Below are positions 1-12,179 of a DNA stretch of 64,000 nt, piece after piece; the stretch's first letter is position 1, and the number at the start of each line of letters is the position of its first letter. The position numbers and the translations under genes are program-made. Under the pieces are notes generated by a model. It worked only from the letters and a program-made list of their open reading frames with translations, had not been told where the DNA came from and did not search any database. Source of the stretch: Mytilus edulis (lineage: Eukaryota); NCBI RefSeq assembly GCF_963676685.1, contig NC_092353.1, positions 1,612,001 to 1,676,000 of the forward strand. Direction: 5' to 3'.

Positions 1-568
1 ATGTTTGTCAAATGTCATTTGTCCTTTGTGTGAGATAAGTTATTAAAAAAAAACTTTCATGGAAGACCAATTTTGAAAGGAAAATATATTTAAAGGACGA
101 TTTGGTCCAATGAAGAGAACATTAATGTATCTTTTTAGAAAAGTATTGTAAGTTTTACGGCCTGGCATATACATATCTGGAATATTTATACAGTTATACA
201 AAAAAAGGGGGATGTGAAATCTTTTGAAAATTATTTTAGACTTGAGAAAGAAAACTGTAATAAAAATAAATGTGCTTTAGACAAATCTATTCAATTGAAG
301 TATATATTATTTACCCCCTTATAAGAAGTTCTTCTAAACAGTACTACTATATGGTATCAGTCTTTATATGGGGGAAACTGTGATATTAAATAGTTAAAAA
401 GAAGGTTAAAACTGTAGCAATATACTCTGTAACCTAACTTTGGTGACTTTTGTGTGTAGAAAAATTAACATGAATGTGTGAAACTTAGATCTTTTCATAT
501 TGAACTACATCAAAATTAACTTGAAAATATTGCCATGACATTGGGCTAGATAGGGGTGAACACGTAAT

Positions 569-722
569 CATGGGCAGATCCAGACATTTTTGAAAGGTGG
601 GGGTTCCCAACCCAGAAAAAAGGGGAGGGGTTTCAACCATATGCCCCCATTCAAAAGCATAGGTCATCCAAAAAAAAACGGTCAGTTTCAATCCCCGGAA
701 CCCCGCTCTAGATCTGCCACTG
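569..722. mobile_element. Small MITE
   Basis: Imperfect TIRs catgggcagatccag / ctagatctgccactg. Confidence 0.6.
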
Positions 723-949
723 GAAATAAAGTATCAGTGAAAATAAGTTGGTTTACAGTAATTTGTGAATTTATTTGTTGAATTGCAGCTTGTTTAGGGA
801 AACACAGTGACTTCAGTAACTATTTCATCTGATTGTGTACATCGAGTAACCATTGAAAGCTTAGAAATATGGGGGTGGGGGCAGGGGAGGGAGGAAATCA
901 GTACATTTTAAAAGGAGGTCACTCAGATGTTAAAAGTAGGTCAGATATA

Positions 950-1156
950 GGTTAGATGCTTTGTTGGAGGAATAAGAAAGTTGAAGGTCAGGTGTTTAGC
1001 AGGAATCAGAAAGTTGAAGGTCATGTGTTTGGCAGGAATTAGAAAGTTGAAGGTCAGGTGTTTTGCAGGAATCAGAAAGTTGAAGGTCATGTGTTTGGCA
1101 GGAATATGAAAGTCAAAGGTCATGTGTTTGGAAGGAATCAGAAAGTTGAAGGTCGG
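950..1156. repeat. 33-bp minisatellite (~6 copies)
   Basis: Unit gcaggaatcagaaagttgaaggtcatgtgtttg. Confidence 0.9.
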
Positions 1157-4100
1157 GTTATTGAAAAATTATCACCCTTGGAAAAGAAGTTTTGATAAGA
1201 TATTTGAGGAAAAGATGGCAGAAATTTAAAAAGGTGATAGATAAAGTCATATATTGTAGAGGCTTTAAACTGTTTGATGAGGAGTTATAAGGAGTTCTGA
1301 TTTGGAGGAAGAAAAGAAACATTCTTAAGGATGAGGTCAATTATTTGAGATGACTTAAAATGTTTGTGGAAGATGTTATTCTTGGAGAGGACACAGAATT
1401 GTGATGGAGAGTCTAAAATATTGCCTTGAAATTAAAAATGTTAACAAAACTTTTAGTTTATGTACTTTTTCAAGTAGTGTTAATATGCTTTTTTCCATCA
1501 TTTTCAACTTAAAACAAAGCTTTAACTCACACAGTGTTTCAAATCAGTAGAGGTATTAGTGTTTCAAGCTAAGAAAGATTTGTTACATAGACTTGATAAA
1601 CAAGTGGAGCAACATGCATATAGGAGCAAAACTAAATTATTAGTATAATCAAATTTCACAGATGTTTTAATACCAAGACGTATTTTTGTATGAAAATATA
1701 GAAAACATTAACTGATCCATTGAAATGTATTTACTCAATAATATATTTCTTGATTAAGATTGAAAAATATTAAAATGATATTTACCTGTATAATAAAGTT
1801 ATGATCTGCCCTAAACATCTTATCCCATCTCTCCTCCAGTACAATCAATAGGTTATAATTGTGTTTATCATTACATCAAATGAACAACTCAGGTGTGAAA
1901 CTGCTAACCTATTTATACCTGAGGAAGATGTACCTCAGAGGGTCAGTGGAGGGTAATTGATTTGTATCTGAGGAGGCTGCATCTGTACCTCTCAGGTTTG
2001 ATGAAAACAGTAGATTTGGAATAACTAATTATTAACCTGAGAAAGATATGCATGAATACACTTGAGGGGAAACAATCTTATTTTAGCCACAGTTGGTTTA
2101 CCTTAGAGGCATAGGTGGGTAAAACAGGTGTGAGGCAAAGATTCTGCTCCTCAGAGTATGAGGTGTAACATTTGATTTTCAGGAGTTATGTCCCTTAGAA
2201 ATGAAAATTCCAGAGAAAATTGCATTGTATTTAGCACCCACAATTTTCTTGTCAGATATTTATGAAATTTGTTCAATTGGTTTATATCAGCAATGTCTTG
2301 GATGCTTTTGAAAATTAGTGTTGATCAACTCTTTATGAATGAATTATGCCTCTTAAATAATTTTATAGAAAATTGGATTATACACTTTCACTTGTACAAT
2401 TCTTTCCAGATTTTTATCAAATTTATATCAAAGTTTTTTTATCAGCAATGTTCAAAACAAAATGAGTGCTGTTATCAATTATATAATTATTCTTTTCAGG
2501 AGTTATTTCCCTAAGAAGTGTAAATAATAAATTCTACAGAAAAAAGAATAGTAATGGATTTCTCGTGTACAATTTTTTGCCAGATATTATTAGAATTTAT
2601 AAAAAAGTCATATGTCAGCATCTTCTTGGACAGTTTCAAAAATCAGTGTTGATCAACTTATTTTAAAAGAGTTATGCTTCTTGGAACTATTGATTTTGTG
2701 GAAAATAGCATTGCATTATATAAGCCACTTGTCGTATACCAATAGTTTGAATAGGACACTCATTGTACAAGGAAAATTTTGGTCTAAGTAATTTTCTGTG
2801 CATCATTGAAAAGGAATGATCAGTTATACTCGTGTAAACAATAACCTTAATTAAATGCATGCAGGGACACAGGTTCACACCTGGTATTGGTCTTGTTTAT
2901 ATTGTAAATATCGAAAATTTGACTTCTTGACCAATAATTTTGAATATTTGTAAACTGATAATTTAAAAAAATTTGTAACTTTGCTGAATCATTAGAGAAA
3001 CCACAAAGGAGTGATGAGGGAATTCACTTCTTTAACAATAATTAGGTATGCATATATGCACTTATAAACAATAGATTTATTTTAAATTGCAATAATTTCT
3101 ACATGTTACACATTAAATCAAATAAATGTTATAGTTTAAAAGAGAATTGCACAAAGAACATGACATTGGTTTTAATTATTTCCATCTTCTACAAAACTTT
3201 TATGTCTATTTTAGTGGCAATACTACTTGTAAAAATGTAAAATTAATCAAATGTATATTAATTAGAGAGTGTTATCTTTTTGTATCATAGCCAATTTCAA
3301 TGTTTTTATGTAATTGTTGAGTATTATAACACTGAAACGAATGTATAAGATTGAGAGTTTGGCAAGCATGAGAGAAGTAGTAAGCCAAACATACGACTTG
3401 GTTGTGTAGTAATATTGTAGTATAGATAGTAATTTGGTATATAATCATTACAAGTGATTTTTAACATTGATTAAATATTTGCACATTCCTAGATAAAAGC
3501 TTCTGGCAAGTAACTGACAATTTTTAGCAGGTTTATTCTCCCAAATGAACATTTATATAGATACTAAATTAGCAAAACTTTATAATCATGATAACGTGTT
3601 TTTAATACTAGAATGTTTATAACTGTGGAGAATTGCGCAATCACCGATCTTTGTTATTGTTCTGTCTGGCAGGGAACCAGTACTTGTGACGATATAGAAT
3701 TATGTAACGGTAGAATAAAAAAGATCTGACAACATTGGCATTTATACCTGGTGTAATTACAGCGCATTATAGAACTGTTGGAACTTTACCGGGTGTAATT
3801 ATAACATGTTATAGGTGTGAAGATGAGCCTTGCCAGTATTTTTATCGCAGGTACAAAATGCATGGTGGGGCACCCTCTAACTGAAATGTACCTAATCTCA
3901 TGAGACCTCTGTGGAAAAAAATTAACCAGTTTGTTTAGAATTGACACTAATTTTCTATTATCCAAGTGCATTACTAGAAATAGTACTTGTAAAAAAATGT
4001 AATATATAATTAGATGCACTTGTTCATCTATCTTTGTTTTTGAAGTTTGATGGGATAGTTTTTTCAGTACTGAGTAAACTTAGGAAAAGTGTGCATTGGC

Positions 4101-5099
4101 CTGTAAATGTCTTTGGGTTCTTGCTTTACCTTGACAAAGTTCTTCTCATTCTTTTTAGGCATGAACTATTTGCCACTTGTCATTTAAAGCAAGAAACAAT
4201 TAATCAATCTTTCAATACTGGGATGAAGGAAACCATGTCATCATAATGTGTTCATGTTTCTTACTTTTTATATATAATAAGTTTTCATCAAGCACCTTGA
4301 TTTCTATTAATAATTTTATGAATTAGCTTCAGAATACTGTAGATTATTTTTATGTATATAGATTCTGGTTTCATTTAAAGTTTACCTGACCTGATACTAA
4401 CTTTCCATGTTGTAAAGTTTAATGATGTAAAATAATACAGGCATGGGGGAATTGATTTTATATCAGATGTAAAACATATTAAAACATCATTGGAAATAAA
4501 TCAGGATGAAATATATATATAAATAGACTATAAAACACATCTCTTTTTCCTGAAACAGGTGGTAGCAGAAAACATATATTTCTTATATTAGTTTTCTTTT
4601 ATTTTTTTACAATTGAAGCAAAAATAAAAATAAGGAATTGTTAAGTATAATTGCCAATGAGACAACTCTCCAAATATATTATACATTAATATAGCACTTA
4701 CAACAGACCAATATCTTCAAGTCCTCTTTAAAGAATACTTCCTCTCAGGCCTGGTTTATCCTGATGAATTATAACATGTCCTTGTCCCTGCTTCTACATG
4801 CAACCTGTAACAACTCATGCTGTTTAGTTGCTGACCATTCAGTTTGTTATTTATGTCATTGAATATATATACTAAATGACATAATTAGTACTAAAGCTAA
4901 TTGGGTGTTTAACACCAATAACTGATGGGTTCCTGTTATTGATGATATCTTGGGTGATTATAGGCTCCAGTATAAAAATAAGATGATGTGGTATGATTGC
5001 CAAGGAGACAACTATCCACCAAATTTAAAATGAAGTGGATGTAAGCAATTATAGGCATCCAGGTTCCTAAAAAAAAATCAGTAAAACCTTAAGTTAATG

Positions 5100-6368
5100 G
5101 TGAGTGTTCCAGAATTTTTAAAATTGATCTTAATGCGTGGTGATCCATTTTTTAAGAATTCCTGTGGCTGTGGTGCCTTTAATGAATAGTGATTCATTTT
5201 GTTAGGATTCAGGTGGTGCTTGTAATAAATATAGATTCATTTTGCATGAATACAGGTGCTGCTCCTAATCCTGAACTCATGAGGATTCAGGTGGTGCCAA
5301 ATGAATAGTGATCCATTTTATAAGGATTCAGGTTGTGCTCCTAATGAATAGTGATCCATTTTATAAGGATTTAGGTGGTGCCAAATGAATAGTGATCCAT
5401 TTTGTAAGGATTCAGGTGGTGCTCCTAATGAATAGTGATCCATTTTTAGAAGGATTCAGGTGGTGCTTCTAATGAATAGTGATTCATTTTATAAGGATTC
5501 AGGTGGTACTCCTAATGAATAGTGATCCATTTTGAAAGGATTCAGATGATGCTCCTAATGAATAGTGATCCATTTTGTTAGGATTCAGGTGGTGCTCCAA
5601 ATAAAAAGTGATACATTTTGTATGGATTCAGGTGGTGCTCCTTATAAATAATTGATCTCTTAAGGATCAGGTAGTGGTCCTGATAAAAAGTGATCCATTT
5701 TGTATGGATTCAGGTGGTGCTCCTTTAAATAGTGAGCATTATAAGGATGGGGTAGTGGTCCTGATAAATGGTGATACATTTTGCATTGATTCAGGTGGTG
5801 CTCCTTTAAATAGTGATTAATTTTATAAGGATTCAGGTGGTGCTCCTTTAAATAGTGATTCATTTTATAAGGATTCAAGTGGTGCTTCTATTGAATAGTG
5901 ATCCATTTTGTAAGGATTCAGTTGGTGCTCCTAATGAATAGTGGTCCATTTTGCATGGATTCAGGTGGTGATCCTAATAAATAGGGATCCATTATGTATG
6001 GATTCAGGTGGTGCTAATTTTAAATAATGATCCTTGTAAGGATCAGGTAGTAGTCCTAATAAATAGTGATCAGTTTTGTATGGATTCAGGTGGTGCTGCT
6101 ACTTTTAAATGGTGATTCATTTTGTAAGGACTGGTGGTGGTCCTGATAAATGTTGATCCATTTGGCATGGCTTCAGGCTACTTTTGTAAGGATTCAGTTG
6201 GGGTTTCTAATGAATGGTGTTCCATTTTGTAAGGATTCAGTTGGGGACTTTTTAATAATGGTGATCCATTTTGCATGGATTCAGGTTGTGCTACTTTTAA
6301 ATGATGAACTATTTTGTAGGGATTCAGGTCGTGCTTTACATGAACAGTGATCCATTTTATAAGGATTT
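5100..6368. repeat. ~42-43-bp minisatellite (~30 diverged copies)
   Basis: Unit ggattcaggtggtgctcctaatgaatagtgatccattttgtaa. Confidence 0.9.
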
Positions 6369-7608
6369 AAACACAGAATAATGGACTGTTATATCACTGA
6401 TTAACTTATTAACATTATTAGGACTTAAAGATCAAGTACAGAAAATTAAAATTATTACCGCTAGATGTGAATTTCAGCCAGTGAGTTGAAAATGACCCTA
6501 GATCTGATTAAATGTATTTTAGGTACCATTCTGTAACAATCTCTGTTATATCCAAGTTGTTCTATAGAATTGTTTCTGTTCAGGTGAAGACAGAAGCTTG
6601 AGATACAGGTAATGGTTATAATGACATATATATTATAGCAGTAAACAGTGTATTGTTCTAATTTCTTTGTACTATAATTAGGTTATATTGTTTTTCCAAG
6701 TGGAAAATCCAGGAATATGGATTGATATGTCAACAGTTAATGTCAGATGCTGATTGTAAAATATTTCTATAAGTTTGTCCATTGTTTTGTGGTCTTGTAC
6801 CAATTCTAACTGATTAAGAAGTAACCTGGAAAACTGATAAGAATTTTTTAGAGTTACTTGACAATAATCTTTGTAGTCATGTTTGAGTTGTTGCTAGGAA
6901 GGAACTGAAACTAATGAGAGTTTTGTAGGGTTTGTTGACAGTGGCTCTGTGTCATCAGGTATGAGTTCTGTCTCAAATCTGTCACTGATAAGGTTTTTGT
7001 AGGCAGCAAACTTTGTGTCAGCAGGTATAAATTCTGGCTGAGATTGACAATAGGCTTTGTGTCATCAGGTATGAGTTATCTCTGAGACAAAAGAACTTAA
7101 CTGATAAGGTTCTTGACAGTCCATTGCTTAGTGGTATGAGTGCTTGCTGATTCAGAATGGACTGGGATAAGGTAAAAGTAGTACAATTTCTTGAGATATT
7201 CTGATTAAAAACTCATTGTATTTCTTTTTTCTTTTTTACTTTTACTTAGCTCAATGTTAACTTTATAGAGAAAAAAATCGCAGTTACAGTGAACAGTTTT
7301 GAAAATTGTTCTTTTGTTCTGTTAGCTGGATCATGATGGTTTTGTCTTTGTAAGAACACATTTTGATATTTTTTAACAGTATCTGCATGCATCTTCAAAT
7401 ATTTTGAGTGTTTTTCTCTCTTTTCAAGATTTACTGTGGTACATGTATATACATTGCCTGTGACAATCATTTTTTCAATCACTTCAAAATTGACTGATTT
7501 TTTATTTGATTTCTTTTTTTACAATAATTTATTTTGGTCAGTACTGAGATATAAAGAAAAAAGATAAATTTTCATATTTTTTAAAAATTAGCTCTTATCA
7601 AATAATAT

Positions 7609-7729
7609 AGGGTTATTGCATGAATATTGGGGAATATTGTCCCCAGTAGAATTTTATATTGCACGAGCTTGCGAGTGCAATATATGTTCTACGAGGAACA
7701 ATATTCCCCAATATTCATGCAATAACCCT
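7609..7729. repeat. Long palindrome/foldback element
   Basis: Perfect 32-bp arms (agggttattgcatgaatattggggaatattgt) plus inner imperfect pairing (tatattgcac...gtgcaatata). Confidence 0.9.
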
Positions 7730-8336
7730 TTTATTGTATAGCAATATAATATTTGAAAGTAAAAATTTGTTTAAACTAAGATTTTGTCGTTCATGACATC
7801 ATGAATTTTGATGATTTATTGCACTAGTGCAATATTATAATTTATTGCACGCTTATAAACTTTGGGTTACTTTCTGTTGGAAATATTGCTATGCAATAAT
7901 AATTATTACTGGTAAACCGTAATAAAGAATAATTGCAGTTTTTATAAACAAACAGATAGTCCACCCTTTGGGAAAGTGTTATGAGTTATCATCTATTGTT
8001 TATTAGACGGGGAAGAAATGTTGCTAATCATTAAAATTAGTAATAATAATGTTTCTCAGTTGATCTACCATTGCTATATGCAAATAAAACTGCTGATTTT
8101 AGATGATAATAAGTTTTGAAATTACAATTTAAGTAGTGTTATACATCTTTAATGAGAAATTTAATAGGGTATCTTAGCTTTTGAAGTACATTTTCTTCAA
8201 GAACTAACTGCATGTCAAAATAAAAACTACAGAACATGTCAATATTTATAGCTATAATTAGCACTTCAATCTCTGTAGAAATAGATAAGATAAATCTCCT
8301 GGTGTCAAGGACATATGCTTTTGTTAATGTTGGTAG

Positions 8337-8806
8337 TTTTTATGCCCCACCTACGATAGTAGAGGGGCATTATGTTTTCTGGTCTGTGCGTCCGTTCGTC
8401 CGTCAGTCTGTCTGTCTGTTCGTCCGTCTGTCCCGCTTCAGGTTAAAGTTTTTGGTCAAGGTAGTTTTTGATGAAGTTGAAGTCCAATCAACTTGAAACT
8501 TAGTACACATGTTCCTTATGATATGATCTTTCTAATTTTAAAGCCAAATTAAACTTTTGACCCCAATTTCACGGTCCACTGAACATAGAAAATGAAAGTG
8601 CATGTTTCAGGTTAAAGTTTTTGGTCAAGGTAGTTTTTGATGAAGTTGAAGTCCAATCAACTTGAAACTTAGTACACATGTTCCCTATGTTATTATCTTT
8701 CTAATTTTAATGTCTTATTATATTTTTTATCCAATTTCACGCTCCATTGAACATGGAAAATGATAGTGCGAGTGGGGCATCCGTGTACTTTGGACACATT
8801 CTTGTT
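8337..8806 (+). mobile_element. HINE/Helentron-like non-autonomous element
   Basis: T-rich insertion site, subTIR atgccccac...gtggggcat, (GTCY)n microsatellite, two ~170-bp internal repeats and a 3' hairpin (gtgtactttggacac). Confidence 0.8.
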
Positions 8807-9247
8807 TATATTCTAATTGTTGGCTGTATTTATTACGTACTTTGGAGTTTTTGTTTTATCTCAGGATACTCCCATTCTATAGATCTGGATAGATTTATCA
8901 AGCAACATTCATATAAATTGAGACACATATTACAGCTGAAAAATTTCTAGTCTCCAGGAGATGCTACATTAGACATCTCTGTTACATGTATGCAATTTAT
9001 AAGCATAAAATGTGTAAAGCAGCAAAATTCAGTGTAAACTTGGTTCAAGTGATCTACAACTTTTTTGAGCTGTGTAATATCTGTACATAAAATGTGTTTC
9101 CAGGAGAGTTTTTAAAAGTTATAATCCCTCTAGTTTAACTTGATCCCTTTACATGTTTGTCCAAGGATCTTTGTAAAGACTTTGAATGAAAAAAATCTAA
9201 GAGAAATTTCAATATTTCCTTGAAGTGCTTCATTTTTTATTCTCTGT

Positions 9248-9389
9248 GTTGGGTAGCTGAGTTAATGACATAGACTCTCACATCTTGTCTCTTTTGCACT
9301 ATCACCTCCGTTCCATCTTGTTGGGTAGCTGTGTTATTGACATAGACTCTCACATCTTTTTTTCTTTGCACCCTCAGCTCCGTTCCATC
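9248..9389. repeat. ~71-bp tandem duplication
   Basis: tgttgggtagctg...gacatagactctcacatctt...ctccgttccatc, twice. Confidence 0.8.
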
Positions 9390-10212
9390 AAGGCCTGCAT
9401 GATCACACAATGTTTACATAATGTATTAAGATGATGTTGGCAGTGTTCCATAGTTTTGTACTTATGTTAGACGTGATATAGTATTGTAGTAAAATAGTAA
9501 AAATACAACATGTTGTGATAAGAATCCTGGATCAGAGTCAAAATAATGACAAAAATAATCCAACTTATTGAAAAATAAATTCATGTTATTCCACCATTAT
9601 GTTTTTACTATATATTTTATCTTGTGCTATAAATATTCAGATTAAGATCTCAGAATTGCTCTTAACATCAATTGTTCTGTTGGAATTGATACAAATCCAA
9701 GAAAAAAAGCTTACGCTGGTATTTGAATATATCATTTACAGATTTGTCTGTGTTTTTTCTTATTTTTGTACTTCTTTTTCTTTTTTTTTTTTATCTTTCA
9801 ACGCTATATTCTAAATAAAAAAGAAAGAGTTACCAACCTTTTGTTTATCTGTCTGTCTTGTTATATCAGATTAGTTTTAAGACATATATATAACAAGCTG
9901 GTTGAAAGACAAGATGTTAACTTGTGGTCTAAATCTTGTTTTTTATAAGTTTATCACACAAACTTTCACTGATGAAAAACTGTATGAACAGGTATTACTG
10001 ATAGTAATCTAACAGACTATTTATTTTGATCTGTTTATTAGTTGTTTTAAGGATGAATGATGACAGAGAGTCTTAAGTCAATTTAAATCACACTTGTTAC
10101 ATCAACAAACAATATGTAAGTAGGGTGCATTTTTATTTACCTGGTTTTCAAAGGAAAAATCAGTTATTAAAATGTAGAGCCTGAAATTTCTTGTTTTTCA
10201 AATAGATTGGAT

Positions 10213-11008
10213 GGTTTCCATTTGAGTGGTTTTACAATAGTCATTTTTGGGGCCCTTCATTGCTTGCTGTTCAGTGTGAGCGAAGGATCCGTGTTGAAGA
10301 CCGTACATTGACCTATAATGGTTTACTTTTTATAATTAATGACTTGGATGGAGAGTGTCTCTCTCATTGACACTCATAACATATCTTATATCTATAGGGT
10401 ATTTTTTTATTCATTTTATTTTTATGTCAACTTCATAATAAAAGGGGAGATAATTCAGATAAATTGTCACTTTTATAAAGGATTTTTATAATGAACTACC
10501 TATTTTGTCATGTGGCAAGAAACCCTGAGTCAAGGGACCTCAAATTTTAGTTATCGTTTTGGAAAGAAAGTATCCACATGCATTTTTGTCCATCTGATTT
10601 CAGTTAAGCCTTTTTCACCTGATTTTTATAGTTCGTTCATATGTTGTATTGTTATACCACTGTCCCAGGTTAGGGGAGAGTTGTGATCCCGCTAACATGT
10701 TTAATCCTGCCACATAATGTATGTATGTGTCTGTCCCAAGTCAGAAGCCTGTAATTCAGTGGTTGTCGTTTATTAATGAGTTACATATTTGTTTTTCGTT
10801 CATTTTTTGTACATAAATAAGGCTGTTAGTTTTCTCGTTTGAATTTTTTACATTGTCATTTCAGGGCCCTTAGTATAGCTGACTATGCGGTATGGGCTTT
10901 GCTTATTATTGAAGGCTGTACGGTGACATATAGTTGTTAGTTTCTGTGCCATTTTGGACTCTAGTGGAGAGTTGTCTCATTGGCAATCATACCACATCTT
11001 CTTTTTTA
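10213..11008 (+). repeat. Two adjacent copies of an abundant SINE-like interspersed repeat
   Basis: Both end in tggagagttgtctcattggca..cataccacatctt. Related copies lie at ~24745-24905, ~60210-60392 and, reversed, ~43565-43690. Confidence 0.7.
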
Positions 11009-12179
11009 TATATAATACAAGAGCTGTAACTCTTCTCATATTTTATCTTCAAATTCTATTGTATGGTTTCTTTTTCTATCATACAAAATTTCGTTTTCTA
11101 TGTATAATGTATGCATAACCTGTAGCTATGAATTTATTAGATTAGAGGTATGCATGCAACCATGAGACAGCATCCCAAAAACACACATTACCGAGAAAAA
11201 AAGCATATTTTAACAGTAATAATAGGATTTTGTCTATACAGCATCTGGAGTCTAAGTAAACATATATTTAAATAAGTTTAAGATACTTTAATTTTGCCAT
11301 CAATACTGAATTCCCCTAAAAGAAAATAAAGTACAAAAAACAAAAACAAAAAAACATTAAGAAAGTCTGAAGTTAATTTCAGAGAATATTAGCCATTATT
11401 TGCTACCTGAAACATCTAACAGAATCAATGCCTACTTATGTTATAGTATATAAATCACATGTATACTAGAACATTACCTTTTCCTCAATCTGGTATTTAT
11501 CAATACACAATAATTCAATTGGTTTTAATTAACAGCATCAAAACTAACTATCTATTATACTGATGTTACAGTCAAACTCTGCTTTCAATTATAAAGGGGT
11601 GCCAAGTGATTTAAAAAAAACCAGGAAAGTACTCTGTACATTAAATTTTGCAGATTTTCAGCCTTACATATATATGTCTTAAATACTGTAGAGTCATTGG
11701 TAATGTTAATGAAGGTTTTGTGTTGGGTCCAAGTTTTTTATTAACGGAGCATACATTAAAGAAATAGAAATTGTAATTTGAATTGTTGAGATATGCAGTC
11801 ACAGGTTCCTCTTTAAATCATTATACTTTGCCAAATAAGATTGCTAACATTACTACATAGAAAAGATGTTTGGAAAAGTGCATTTTCTTTTATGCTGATT
11901 TTACATTTGTGAGAATTTAAAAATTTTGACTAGTTTTTGCAGAAAATTAAGTTTTGTTAAATATCCATGAAACTTCAATTTTCCTTCCATCCAGGAAATT
12001 CGTTTAATTTTTTTTTTAACTAATCCAAAGTATGCTCAAATCTCATTTTACATAGAAATGATATCTAAGCAAAGAAAATTAAAGAAAATTGCCCAAAAAA
12101 GAAAAAGCTAGCTAGATTCAGATGTTAAAAATGGGGGAATTTTTAATGAGACACAAATCGTTTTTTTTTTTTTTTTTTT

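Noticed and set aside
941-1123. 11-aa repeat ORF
   Set aside because: It is the translation of the 33-bp minisatellite.
5660-6350. His-rich repetitive ORFs
   Set aside because: They are translations of the 42-bp minisatellite, with frequent stops and no splice support.
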